Counted from the stretch's first letter, positions 51,796 to 62,431 are shown. The stretch is DNA of 64,000 nt from Nostoc sp. DedSLP01 (GCA_034530875.2 JAVRCJ020000011.1:32001-96000); one strand, 5' to 3'. The notes: generated from the sequence alone by a model not told the origin. A program made the numbers and translations.

Positions 51796-53754
51796 ATGAC
51801 TAATCAACTAAAAATCCAATTAAGTTGGGAAGATCCGGCAACGGGAGAACGGCGAGAACCTATGTTGAATGTACCGATCGCCTTTGGTCGGGAATTTGCC
51901 CGGTTGCCTGCGGAACTTGGAGGGCAGCGAGTTTCGAGGATGCTGTTGAATAGTAATGAAGTTTCTCGCTACCATGCCCTAATCGACTGGGAACAAAATC
52001 ATTTGGTGGTCATTGACCAAGGTAGCGTTAACGGCGTCTATGTCAACGGTCAAGAACAAAAGCGCAGTATTTTGTCTAATGGCGATACGTTACAAATTGG
52101 CCCGTATTTAATTGCGGTCAAGTTTGTTGGTAACACTGCTGAACCAGATACCGCGCCACCTTCAACGATTGGCTTTAACCCAAATACCAATATCCCAGAC
52201 CCCAGTTTGCCTGTAGCCCAGCCTGCGAATGCTGCTGGTACTAATTTTCCGCCACCAATTTTTCAAGCAGAAAAAGTCCCCATACTCGCGCTTTATGCTA
52301 CTGGGCTACCAGTGGATGAATTTGATTACCTGGCGATCGGGGCGGGAATCGGTAGCTTTGTTTGGGTTGATTTACTGCGAATTAGTGGCGTCCGTCCCGA
52401 GAAAATTGTAGCTGTGGGATTGGAGGCAGAACCTTATGCCCGTTATAAGCGCCTGTGTATGAATTCCCAAATTCCCCTATATGAAAGACTGCGGTCTAAT
52501 TCAGATTCTTGCCCTGATAATATTTGGGGCTGGCCTAGTTATGCGTTGCGGGAAGCTTGGGGTGACTTTGGCAAGGGACAAATTAACTCAGCATTGAAAT
52601 ATTTATGGCAGGTGTTTGCCGAACCAACATTTGCCGAAACTTATACACCGCGTGCTGGTAATGTTTTTAATTCCATTGACAGGGAGGCCAAGCGCATTGG
52701 TTGGAACCAAATTTATCGTTATGGGCGAGTCCGGGCAGTTCGCAAAACCGATGATGGTAGGTATTGCATAGCCTATTCTCGCGCCCCAGGAAATTATGCT
52801 TTTTTAGTTAGTCGTTATTTACATTTAGCTACTGGATATCCAGCAATTCAGTTTCTCCCAGATTTGCAAGCTTATAGAGAAAAATATCAAGATTTTCAAA
52901 CTGTTGTTAATGCTTACGAAGCACACGATCGCGTTTATCAGCAATTAGAGCAAAATGGCGGTACAGTATTGATTCGGGGACGAGGAATTGTGGCTTCGCG
53001 GATTGTGCAGCGGATTTATGAAGCCAGAAAGCGAAATCGCAATATTTCAGTTTTACATTTAATGCGATCGCCTAAACCCCAAGGCAACAAATTTCAAAAT
53101 GCCCAACGCCTAGTTAAAAATCATTATGAATTCCAACCCTTTAACTGGCCGAAAGCTTGTTGGGGCGGCGAACTCCGGGTCATGTTAGAAAAAGCCAGCC
53201 CCGACGAACGCAAAAGCTTACTAGCAGACTGGGGCGGTACCACCACCGCCGACCGCCACGACTGGCAGCGAATTACTGCCCAAGGGATAAGCGAAGGCTG
53301 GTATCAAATTACCTTCGGTGAAGTGCTGGATGTCGAACGAGATCCCCAAAACCGGACTATTACCCGTATCAGAGAAAAAAGCTTTGGCGAAATGAAATTG
53401 CTAGCTGACTTTATTGTTGATGCTACCGGACTGGATGCCAAAGTAAATGCTAGCCCTTTACTAGAAGATTTTGTCAAACATTACAACTTGCCACTCAATC
53501 ACTTGGGGCGATTAACTGTTGCTAACAACTTTGAATTAGTAGAAATGCGTAACGATAGGGGACAGATGTATGCAGCAGGGGCGATTACCCTTGGTGGGCC
53601 TTATGCCGCAGTTGATAGTTTTTTAGGCTTGCAATACGCCGCATTAGTTGCCGTTGACGGACTCGCCGCCGCCCGTGCGCCTGGAGTTCATAGGTTGAAT
53701 GCTGTAAGTTCCTTGAGGCAATGGTTGAAGTGGGCGTTAAATCAGTCACCTTAG
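51796..53754 (+). CDS. FHA domain fused to a flavoprotein-like (FAD/NAD(P)-binding) domain
   Basis: FGR..VSRYH..GSVNG FHA; IGAGIGS, ATGY, GRGIVA and DATG motifs. Confidence 0.75.
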   Translation: MTNQLKIQLSWEDPATGERREPMLNVPIAFGREFARLPAELGGQRVSRMLLNSNEVSRYHALIDWEQNHLVVIDQGSVNGVYVNGQEQKRSILSNGDTLQIGPYLIAVKFVGNTAEPDTAPPSTIGFNPNTNIPDPSLPVAQPANAAGTNFPPPIFQAEKVPILALYATGLPVDEFDYLAIGAGIGSFVWVDLLRISGVRPEKIVAVGLEAEPYARYKRLCMNSQIPLYERLRSNSDSCPDNIWGWPSYALREAWGDFGKGQINSALKYLWQVFAEPTFAETYTPRAGNVFNSIDREAKRIGWNQIYRYGRVRAVRKTDDGRYCIAYSRAPGNYAFLVSRYLHLATGYPAIQFLPDLQAYREKYQDFQTVVNAYEAHDRVYQQLEQNGGTVLIRGRGIVASRIVQRIYEARKRNRNISVLHLMRSPKPQGNKFQNAQRLVKNHYEFQPFNWPKACWGGELRVMLEKASPDERKSLLADWGGTTTADRHDWQRITAQGISEGWYQITFGEVLDVERDPQNRTITRIREKSFGEMKLLADFIVDATGLDAKVNASPLLEDFVKHYNLPLNHLGRLTVANNFELVEMRNDRGQMYAAGAITLGGPYAAVDSFLGLQYAALVAVDGLAAARAPGVHRLNAVSSLRQWLKWALNQSP

Positions 53755-53914
53755 TACTCTGCCAACCCAAAAATGTTAGGTGGAGGTTGGGTAAAGGGTA
53801 AAGGGTAAAGGGAAAAGGGTAAGGGATAAAAAACATGAGTCCCTTTCCCCCTTCGCCTTTACCCCGCTTGCGTTGCCTTGGCGTAATATTAGGAATACAG
53901 GAGAATATTTTCCA

Positions 53915-54472
53915 ATGAAGACTCAGTATTACACTGCCACCAGCTTAGATGGCTTCATTGCTGATTCAGAGAATTCTTTGGATTGGCTTTTTCAGTTCGG
54001 CGAAGTTGAAAATGGCAGCTATCCTAACTTCATCCGCGAAGTTGGCGCCATAGCAATGGGTTCGACGACTTACGAATGGATTTTAAACCATCAGAAGGAT
54101 GAAACAGGGGAGTGTCCGCAAGTATGGAGTTACGAGCAACCAACTTGGGTCTTTACCTCTCGCATTTTGCCTATCATCGAAGGAGCTGATGTCAGATTTG
54201 TGAAAGGAGATGTCCGCCCCGTACATCAACAGATGATTGAGGTTGCAGGTAATAAGAATATTTGGGTTGTGGGCGGTGGGGACTTGGTAGGTCAATTTTA
54301 CGATCGAGGGCTGCTTGATGAGGTCATTGTTCAGATTGCTTCGGTGACCCTTGGTAGCGGGGCACCATTGCTACCGCGCAAGATCGTAACACCTCCATTA
54401 AACCTTTTATCTGCAACGGTGTATGGTAATGCTTTTGCAGAGCTTCATTATGAAGTTGTCCGCCCGCGCTGA
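53915..54472 (+). CDS. Dihydrofolate reductase-like (RibD C-terminal) protein
   Basis: TSLDGFIA, MGSTTYE, WVVGGGDL and LGSGAPL. Confidence 0.9.
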   Translation: MKTQYYTATSLDGFIADSENSLDWLFQFGEVENGSYPNFIREVGAIAMGSTTYEWILNHQKDETGECPQVWSYEQPTWVFTSRILPIIEGADVRFVKGDVRPVHQQMIEVAGNKNIWVVGGGDLVGQFYDRGLLDEVIVQIASVTLGSGAPLLPRKIVTPPLNLLSATVYGNAFAELHYEVVRPR

Positions 54473-54745
54473 TAATATAGAGAAGGCAGGAGGCAGAAGG
54501 CAGAAGGTAAAACTATTGCTATTCCTAGCATTCACGCTTGTCATTATGTCCTAACATATCTGACTACGGCTATATGTGATGAAATCTGCGATCGCAATTG
54601 ACGCAGACCGCAACACCATTTTTTCTAAACAAAATCTGCATCTGCAAATAATATCGTGTCCGGCTAATCCTAGCTATGATAAAAAGATCTGTAAAATGGG
54701 AACAATTTTTAGAGACCGAGAATTAGCCATATAATCTCTAAAGAT

Positions 54746-57037
54746 ATGAAGCTTGTGTTGTATAAAAAGTTGTCTCTGCGATTTATTTTAGTTGTTCCTT
54801 TTGCTCTACAAGCTTTGATTTTAGTGGGATTAGTGGGCTATATATCTTTTAGAAACGGTCAAAAGGCAGTGAATCAGTTAGCCTTAAGGTTGGAGCAAAA
54901 GGTCAACCAACAAGTCGAACAACACTTGAATTCTTATCTAGCAGTTCCTCGGCAACTTCATCAAATTAATGCAGATGCGATCGCTAAGGAAGTAATTGAT
55001 ATTCATAATTTTCATAAAGCCGGTAATTATTTCTGGAAACAAGTTCAAGTTTATAAAGATATTAATTTTTTAGGATGTGTTTTATCTAATGGTGAGATGA
55101 TAGGTGCAGGTCGATGGTTGAAAGATAAAGGAGTGACAATTGAGGAGATTTCCACCAAAACGAACTATAAAGCCTACAGCTATGCTACAGACGTTCGAGG
55201 CAGTCGGATGCAAGTTGCTTTTATTGATAACTATAAACCCTTAGAAGATGACTGGTATACTCAAACTGTAAAGGCAGGTAAACCGATTTGGAGTTCAGTA
55301 TATCCAGCCCAGAGTGATATTGCAGACTACGTTGCTATTTCTGCTAATCACCCAATCTACGATAAAAAACACCAATTGCTCGGCGTATTAAATATTGATT
55401 TGCTTTTATCAAGCATCACAAATTTTGTAAATCAGTTAAATGTCAGTCCTTCTGGTGAAGTTTTAATCATTGAACGTAATGGACTTACGATCGCTAGTTC
55501 TGCTGATGAAAAACCGTTCCATGTAGCCAAGGGTCAACTTAAACGACTTCATATTTCTAATAGTCAAGATCCTAAAATTCGAGCTATAGCTCAACAACTG
55601 CAAAAAACATTTAGAGATTTTCAGACCATTCAATTTAGCCAAAACTTAGAGTTCCAATTCAATGGCGAACGTCAATTTGTTCAGATTACCCCTTGGCAGG
55701 ATGAGCTTGGCCTGAATTGGCTAATTATTGTTGTCCTTCCCGAACGTGACTTTATGGGTGAAATTAATGCTAACAAACAGACTACAATCTTACTTTGTAT
55801 AGCCGCCCTAATAATAGCGATCGCACTGGGATTGCTCGCCTCAAAGTGGATTATTCAGCCAATTTTAAACTTAGATAAAGCAAGTGCAGCAATTGCTGCT
55901 GGAGACTTAGAGCAAGTTGTTGAGCCTAACACTCTTAAAGAACTTAGTGGTTTAGCTGACTCATTCAATCACATGGCTCAACAGTTACGAGAATCTTTCG
56001 CAGTACAAGCTCGAATCTATATTGAACTAGAAAAAACCAATGAAGAACTAGAATTGCGAGTAGAACAGCGCACCCAGGATTTGCAACAAACTCTCAAAAA
56101 TCTCCGCAAGGCACAAGTGCAACTTATACAAATAGAAAAAATGTCTAGCCTTGGACAATTAGTTGCTGGTATTGCTCACGAAATTAATAATCCTGTTAAC
56201 TTTATTTATGCTAATCTTCAATATGCCTCTGAATATAGTCAGGGTTTACTCAAGCTGATTGATTTGTATCAGAAAGAATACCCTCAAGCAACTGCGGAAA
56301 TTCAAAAACAAATCAAAACTCTGGATTTAGAATATGTGCGTCAAGATTTACCGCAAATATTTAACTCCATGAGTACTGGCTCTGAGCGGATTCAAAATAT
56401 TGTTTTGTCATTACGAAACTTTTCTCGTTTGGATGAAGCCGAATTTAAAATTGTAGATATTCACGAAGGAATTGATAGTACTTTGATGCTCCTGAAGAGC
56501 CATTTAAGTTCTACTTCGCTACATCCAAATATTAAAGTTATGAAGAATTATGGCAGACTGCCTAAAATTGGCTGTTATCCAGGACAGTTAAATCAGGTGT
56601 TTATAGCTTTAATTATGAATGCTATTCATGCCATTGAGGAGGAGACTAGGAATGGTAAATGGCTTAAAAAAAAGGAAGAGGATTTTAAAGCTAATTTAGA
56701 AAATAAAAGCCCAAATCTCAAACCGAGAATTAAGTCCTCTCCTTGTATACAGATTAATACAGATATCATCGATCCCAATTACATTAAGATTAGTATTATT
56801 GATAATGGAATTGGGATTCCACTAGAAATTCAATCAAAATTATTTGACCCATTCTTTACAACTAAAGAAGTTGGGAAAGGAACAGGGCTGGGATTATCTA
56901 TTAGTTATCAAATTGTAGTACAACAACATGAAGGAAGTTTAGAAGTTAATTCAACTCCAGGGGAAGGAGCAGAATTTATTGTCACACTACCTGTTAAACT
57001 CAATGCAAAAAAAGGTGAATTATTAATTAGCACTTAA
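54746..57037 (+). CDS. Membrane sensor histidine kinase (Cache-HAMP-HisKA-HATPase)
   Basis: Two TM segments, WYTQT..GKPIWS Cache-like region, HAMP, AHEINNP H-box, DNGIG and GTGLGL. Confidence 0.93.
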   Translation: MKLVLYKKLSLRFILVVPFALQALILVGLVGYISFRNGQKAVNQLALRLEQKVNQQVEQHLNSYLAVPRQLHQINADAIAKEVIDIHNFHKAGNYFWKQVQVYKDINFLGCVLSNGEMIGAGRWLKDKGVTIEEISTKTNYKAYSYATDVRGSRMQVAFIDNYKPLEDDWYTQTVKAGKPIWSSVYPAQSDIADYVAISANHPIYDKKHQLLGVLNIDLLLSSITNFVNQLNVSPSGEVLIIERNGLTIASSADEKPFHVAKGQLKRLHISNSQDPKIRAIAQQLQKTFRDFQTIQFSQNLEFQFNGERQFVQITPWQDELGLNWLIIVVLPERDFMGEINANKQTTILLCIAALIIAIALGLLASKWIIQPILNLDKASAAIAAGDLEQVVEPNTLKELSGLADSFNHMAQQLRESFAVQARIYIELEKTNEELELRVEQRTQDLQQTLKNLRKAQVQLIQIEKMSSLGQLVAGIAHEINNPVNFIYANLQYASEYSQGLLKLIDLYQKEYPQATAEIQKQIKTLDLEYVRQDLPQIFNSMSTGSERIQNIVLSLRNFSRLDEAEFKIVDIHEGIDSTLMLLKSHLSSTSLHPNIKVMKNYGRLPKIGCYPGQLNQVFIALIMNAIHAIEEETRNGKWLKKKEEDFKANLENKSPNLKPRIKSSPCIQINTDIIDPNYIKISIIDNGIGIPLEIQSKLFDPFFTTKEVGKGTGLGLSISYQIVVQQHEGSLEVNSTPGEGAEFIVTLPVKLNAKKGELLIST

Positions 57038-57038
57038 C

Positions 57039-57139
57039 TATAGCAATCCTATTTAATTTACAAACCATTCGTGGAGGCAGGGAATAGGGAATGGGGAATG
57101 GGGAATAGATGTGTTTGCAACTCTTTTAGGACTGCTATA
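57039..57139. mobile_element. MITE-like element with an internal GGGAAT repeat
   Basis: TATAGCAATCCTA ... TAGGACTGCTATA TIRs, between convergent genes. Confidence 0.7.
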
Positions 57140-57224
57140 AATAAAATTATCTGTATGTAGCGTTTATGTTTGATTTGACTCAACTCACATTCTTTTCTGT
57201 TTCCTAACCCAAGAATAGAGCTTT

Positions 57225-57992
57225 TTAACGGGATTTTACGCCACAAGCAAAAATTACATAAAAGAAACCTGCTTCGCATTCTGGCAGTTGCCTAACTCTG
57301 ATATCTACATCAAAAAAACCATTATCCCAAAAACAATTGAGTACATCTTGCGGTTCTAGCTTAGTTGAAGGAAAATATAAGTCGGCTACTCGATAAAATG
57401 TTCCAGAACCACAAGCTGATGTAATTAATGTTCCTCCTGGCTTCACCATACTCATAATATTGCTCATATAAATACGCCAGGAATCTCGATTGGGACTGAT
57501 ACCTTCAGCGCAGTAGTGAGCTGTTACTAATGGATAAAATTCTCGCTTTTCTAAACCTAATGGATTTGTTTCTCGAACATCGCCAGGTAATAATTGCGTA
57601 ATCTGCTGTCGAATTTTTTGCTCTCTATTTTCTATATCTGTTTGTGTAGGATTCAGATTACCTTCTAAACGCAGAACTTCTGAAGTAAATTGTCGCCAAT
57701 TAAAAGCATCTGATTGATTTTTTACCCATTTTTGTAACTCAGATAAATTCGATTCTAAATACTCTGATACATGAATTTCTGCCGCTTTAGTTGCTAGTGG
57801 TAATATATGAGAAACTATGGGGCCGCTACCAAAATCTAAAGCAACTGGAACGGAAGAAACTCGCCGCAGCGATTCGACCAAAAATTCTAGACAAAATTTT
57901 TCATCATCCATAATACTTGCATAATATTCTCCAAGGTAATCTTTGGGGTTCCAAGCAGTATATTCAGCGTATTGCAGATTAGATGTTTGCAT
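57225..57992 (-). CDS. NNMT/PNMT/TEMT-family SAM-dependent N-methyltransferase (GntF-like)
   Basis: WNPKDYLGEYY, LDFGSGP, SEYLESN, AFNW, PGDV..NPL and KPGGTL. Confidence 0.85.
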   Translation of the reverse strand: MQTSNLQYAEYTAWNPKDYLGEYYASIMDDEKFCLEFLVESLRRVSSVPVALDFGSGPIVSHILPLATKAAEIHVSEYLESNLSELQKWVKNQSDAFNWRQFTSEVLRLEGNLNPTQTDIENREQKIRQQITQLLPGDVRETNPLGLEKREFYPLVTAHYCAEGISPNRDSWRIYMSNIMSMVKPGGTLITSACGSGTFYRVADLYFPSTKLEPQDVLNCFWDNGFFDVDIRVRQLPECEAGFFYVIFACGVKSR

Positions 57993-58108
57993 TTAATGCA
58001 CCTTTTGATTTACTAGTGTTGACTGGCCCCTTTGGGGCGGGTGTAGTGAAAATTTCCCTACACCCCACACCCTTTTCATCTGTATGCTTTTGCTACTATA
58101 GTTCCTAA

Positions 58109-61100
58109 TTAAATTGAATGGGAAAAACAGTTAGATTGGGGAGCTTCTAAAAAGCTACTTTCGATAAAATAATTTAAGTAAGTCTCGAGCAGGTTTTTGT
58201 CGGCAGCTGGACACTCGATCGCAGCACCATGCAATCCCTCAATTGTATTGCTACAGTCAAATACCTGAGTTCCAGCTAACCACAGTTCTAAGCGAGTGCA
58301 TTTATCATCTGCGATCGCCTCGGTAATTACTGAAGCTAAGGGAGCAAGGGCATTTTGTCTTTGTTTAATCGCAGTTTGCCATTGCTGGTAAGGTACTTTT
58401 TGAATAGAGTATCCAAAAGTGTTGAGCGCCTGAATCAAGTCGTCCATAGCCAAAGGTTGGGGATTGACTAAATGGAAAGCTTGGCCTATGGATTGTGGCT
58501 GTCGAGATAAATGCACGATCGCTTTACTGACATAATCCACGGGAGTCATATCGATGGTCAAATCGAGATTGGGAGCTTGTTGCAGTCTAACCATCGCCTC
58601 AATCAAACAACTAATTAAATCAGTTGTGTTACAGCTTCCCGTCTGGCTATGTCCGGTTACCATTCCGGGTCGATAAATGCAAACGGGTAAGCCTCTAGCA
58701 GCAGCCGAGGTAACTAACTGTTCTGCAACCCATTTACTTTGGGCGTAGCCGCCAGAAATTCCATTTCTGTGAACAATACTGTCGTTTTCATAGATAACTG
58801 GAACGCCTTTAGCTGCTAAAGATTCAAATACATCTAGAGTCGAAATGTAGTGTAGAGGTTTAGATTTACCGCTATTTGCTAGTTTTATAATTTCGTGGGT
58901 ACCCATGACGTTTGCAGCGTGCAAAGTCGCGTAGGGATAAAGTAAATTGACGTTTGCACCACTGTGATAAATCGCATCGATGGAGTCGGCTAGTGTCTGA
59001 AACTGTTGTTCCGTCAAACCTAATTTTGGTTGTGCTAAGTCACCTATGACTGGAATTATCCGCGTGTAAAATGCTTCAAATCCAGAAGAAAAATGTTGCT
59101 TGAGGCTATGGCGGAGTTTCTGATTTGCTTGGGATATGTCTTCGGCACGTACCAGACAATAAATTTTCGCTTGCGTTTGCTGCAATAGTTCGTAGAGTAA
59201 AAATCTACCGATAAATCCAGTTGCGCCAGTTAAGAAAATTGCTTCTGGTTCGGTTGATTGTGTAACCTGAGAAAAACGATATTGAATAGCGTTGTCAAGG
59301 ATAGCTTCGGCTTGGAGTTGTTGTAAAGTCATCCTTTCGGTAGCAGCTTGGACATCTGTACAGCTACGTTGAATCAAGCTTGCTAATGCAGCAATAGTTG
59401 GGACGTTCAAAAATTCTATTAGCGGTACTATTACTTGGTAAGCTTTTTCAACTTGAAAGATTAATTGTGTAGTTCGTAGGGAATCACCGCCTAAATCAAA
59501 AAAGTTGTCGTTGATTCCAATACCGGTAATTCCCAAAACCCCAGACCAGAGGTTAGCTAACTCTTGTTCTAAATCTGTACGCGGTGCCACGAATGCTGCT
59601 TCTAATGCTGGCCGATCGCAACTTGGAGCAGGTAGAGCCTGGCGATCGATTTTACCATTTACAGTCAGGGGCAGGGAATTGAGCAGCACGATTGCCGAAG
59701 GAATTATGTAACTTGGTAATTTACCTTTGAGATCCGAACGCAGTTGAGATACCAAGTTATGGGATATTTTGCTTTGTAAGGGATTGTTGGCGTACAGATG
59801 CCAGGGTTTGGATGCGAGGGGTTGAGCTAATGGGATGGCTGGCGTTGTGTAATGTTCGTTAGTGGAGTTATCTTGAAGCAACACATCATAATAGCCTTGT
59901 GAATTAGCTCCTGAATAACTAATGGCGATCGCATAGCCTGTTTCTTGGCTCAGTTTGCATAATGCTTCTGGATCTACACCTATCTGTTGGTTTATCCCAT
60001 TGACAGCTTGTCGCAACTCACCGACTGTTTTCGGACATTCAGAACTAGATAACAATTCGACTGTTTTGACATCAGCAATAACCTTGGCATGGGGAATAGC
60101 TCGAATACCTAAAATTGGCGGTTTGGTATCTTGCAAAAGCTGCTGTACAGATGACACAGATAAGTTTTGCTCCTGCCAGTTTAACCAAACAGAATTAATC
60201 GGTGTAGAAGCCTTTTGCCCAATTTCCAAAATTACATCGTAGCGAAAGCGATTGAGTTCATTGTCTGATTCACCATGTTTGATGCAAATACGGACTTGAT
60301 GAATTTCTGGGTATTCTTGCCCAAGTGCGTAGAAGAAATCTGGATCGATAGTCAGTTCTTCCTCTTGCTGCAACCGTTGCTCTACTTTGTGTCGTAGTAC
60401 CTCGATTGGTTCCTCATCTTCAGTTTGATAAAGTTCTATTGAGGCTGCAAAGGCTGTTAATAGTCCGTAACTCCGTATATCCCCGAGAAAAATGCATCCA
60501 CCCGGCTCAACGACCTTTATGGCTTCTGCCAAGACTTCCATCAGATAAGCCACACTGGGGAAATATTGGATCACAGAATTGATAATTACTGTATCGAAGG
60601 AGCAAGAACCGATTGCTTGAAAATCATGGGCAGGGCTTTGGTAAAGGCTGACTTGCGGTAAACTCAGTTCTGGTTTGGCAAGTTGTTGTTGTACGTAGTT
60701 GAGTGCGGTTTGTGAAAAATCAGTACCCAAATATTTTTGGCAGTGGGGAGCGACTCTAAACAACATTAACCCCGTACCGCAACCAATTTCTAAGACGTTT
60801 CGGGGTTGCAGCGACAAAATGCGATCGACAGTTCGATCCACCCATTCTTGCATTTGGACATCGGGAATCATTTGGCCTGTATAGCTGTCGAACCAACCAC
60901 TAATGTTAAATGTAGATTGCCAGCGATCGCCAACTCCATTGAATTCATCGGAGTCGTGAATCATCCGCCATTGGTCGATTTGTTCGTTTTCTAGAGTGGA
61001 CGAGTTAAAAACATCGGTAGTTTCAGCAGCCAAGTTTGGTACTACATAAGCAACCAATCTGCGATCGCCAGGTACATCTTCTCTGACAATTGCGATCGCT

Positions 61101-62431
61101 TCTTGCACGTTGGGATGTTGTTCTAAAGCCGTCTCTATTTCATTTAGCTCAATCCGGAAACCTCGAATTTTCTGCTGTTCGTCAACTCGATGTAAGTATT
61201 CCAGATTCCCATCTTCACGATATCTTACCCAATCGCCCGTTTTATAAAGACGAGTATTGCCTGAATGTTGGTGAGGATTGTTAATAAATTGAATAGCTGT
61301 GAGGTCTGGACGATTTAGGTAACTCCGTGCTAAACCTGCGCCAGCAATGTACAACTCCCCTGCGCATCCGACTCCCACCGACTGCAATTGCGCATCTAAA
61401 ACGTAAGTACGAACGTTATCTATTGGTTTACCAATAGGTAAAAACTCGCTGTCTATTGCTACTGCATAAGGGCCAGCCAAATCGCAAACTGTTGTCACTA
61501 CTGTTGCTTCAGTCGGGCCGTAGGTATTTACCAATCGGACATGAGGCTGAGTATGTTTTCGCCAAACTTCTAGCCAGCTAGGTAAGGCGCGTTCGCCGCC
61601 AATTATGACTATGCGTACAGATTTTGGTAATTGTGTGTGCGGTAACTCTGCACAGATTTGATGCCAAAAAGCAGTAGGCAAATCCAGTACTGTCAAATCC
61701 AACTCTTGACAAGCTTCTAGAAATGCCGGAATCGAACGCAGCATCTCTTGAGAGCGCAGTACTAGCGTTGCTCCTTGGGTTAGAGTCGTAAAGATTTCTT
61801 CTATAGATGCATCGAAATTAATTGAAGAAAATTGTAAAATGCGATCGCCTTTGTTAATTCCATATTCTCGACTCACGGATTGGATAAAATTACTCAGCGC
61901 TCCATGTTCGATGCTTACACCCTTGGGTTTGCCAGTGGAACCAGAGGTGTAAATGATATAGGCTAAATTATCTAAATTTGTTACAGATTCGGGGTTTTGT
62001 GTACTTTCTCGAGCAATAGTTTCCCAATCTGCATCTAAACAGATGGTAGTTGCATTGTGGTTCGGCAACTCTGAAAGGTATTTTTGCTGAGTTAATATAA
62101 TCGGAACTTGAGAATCCTCAAGTATGAAAGCAATTCGTTCTTGGGGATAAGTTGGATCGAGGGGAACGTAAGCTCCACCCGCCTTGAGGATTGCTAACAA
62201 ACCAACAATTGTTAAGAGCGATCGCTCCATAAATATACCGACCAACGTTTCAGGTCTAACCCCAAGTTTGCGTAGGTAATGAGCTAGTTGGTTTACCTGT
62301 TCGTTAAGTTCTCGGTAAGTATATTCTTGGGTTGCATACTTAATTGCGATCGCATCTGGAGCTTTGGCTACCTGAGCTTCAAACCAACTATGAATAGATG
62401 AATTGGTAACAATGCTTTCTACTGATAACAT
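58109..62431 (-). CDS. Stand-alone NRPS-like enzyme: adenylation - embedded N-methyltransferase - thiolation - thioester reductase
   Basis: A: YTSGSTGKPKG, YGPTE, YKTGD, NGKIDR. MT between A8 and A9: LEIGCGTG, NSVIQYFP. T: FFDLGGDSL. R: LTGATGFIG, YAQSKWVAE. No condensation domain. Confidence 0.93.
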   Translation of the reverse strand: MLSVESIVTNSSIHSWFEAQVAKAPDAIAIKYATQEYTYRELNEQVNQLAHYLRKLGVRPETLVGIFMERSLLTIVGLLAILKAGGAYVPLDPTYPQERIAFILEDSQVPIILTQQKYLSELPNHNATTICLDADWETIARESTQNPESVTNLDNLAYIIYTSGSTGKPKGVSIEHGALSNFIQSVSREYGINKGDRILQFSSINFDASIEEIFTTLTQGATLVLRSQEMLRSIPAFLEACQELDLTVLDLPTAFWHQICAELPHTQLPKSVRIVIIGGERALPSWLEVWRKHTQPHVRLVNTYGPTEATVVTTVCDLAGPYAVAIDSEFLPIGKPIDNVRTYVLDAQLQSVGVGCAGELYIAGAGLARSYLNRPDLTAIQFINNPHQHSGNTRLYKTGDWVRYREDGNLEYLHRVDEQQKIRGFRIELNEIETALEQHPNVQEAIAIVREDVPGDRRLVAYVVPNLAAETTDVFNSSTLENEQIDQWRMIHDSDEFNGVGDRWQSTFNISGWFDSYTGQMIPDVQMQEWVDRTVDRILSLQPRNVLEIGCGTGLMLFRVAPHCQKYLGTDFSQTALNYVQQQLAKPELSLPQVSLYQSPAHDFQAIGSCSFDTVIINSVIQYFPSVAYLMEVLAEAIKVVEPGGCIFLGDIRSYGLLTAFAASIELYQTEDEEPIEVLRHKVEQRLQQEEELTIDPDFFYALGQEYPEIHQVRICIKHGESDNELNRFRYDVILEIGQKASTPINSVWLNWQEQNLSVSSVQQLLQDTKPPILGIRAIPHAKVIADVKTVELLSSSECPKTVGELRQAVNGINQQIGVDPEALCKLSQETGYAIAISYSGANSQGYYDVLLQDNSTNEHYTTPAIPLAQPLASKPWHLYANNPLQSKISHNLVSQLRSDLKGKLPSYIIPSAIVLLNSLPLTVNGKIDRQALPAPSCDRPALEAAFVAPRTDLEQELANLWSGVLGITGIGINDNFFDLGGDSLRTTQLIFQVEKAYQVIVPLIEFLNVPTIAALASLIQRSCTDVQAATERMTLQQLQAEAILDNAIQYRFSQVTQSTEPEAIFLTGATGFIGRFLLYELLQQTQAKIYCLVRAEDISQANQKLRHSLKQHFSSGFEAFYTRIIPVIGDLAQPKLGLTEQQFQTLADSIDAIYHSGANVNLLYPYATLHAANVMGTHEIIKLANSGKSKPLHYISTLDVFESLAAKGVPVIYENDSIVHRNGISGGYAQSKWVAEQLVTSAAARGLPVCIYRPGMVTGHSQTGSCNTTDLISCLIEAMVRLQQAPNLDLTIDMTPVDYVSKAIVHLSRQPQSIGQAFHLVNPQPLAMDDLIQALNTFGYSIQKVPYQQWQTAIKQRQNALAPLASVITEAIADDKCTRLELWLAGTQVFDCSNTIEGLHGAAIECPAADKNLLETYLNYFIESSFLEAPQSNCFSHSI

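Noticed and set aside
51404..51807. Several short overlapping ORFs
   Set aside because: They are translations of STRR and simple repeats between the two FHA genes
57225..57992. Guanitoxin cluster
   Set aside because: Only a GntF-like methyltransferase is present. No PLP enzymes, kinase or other gnt-like genes are adjacent
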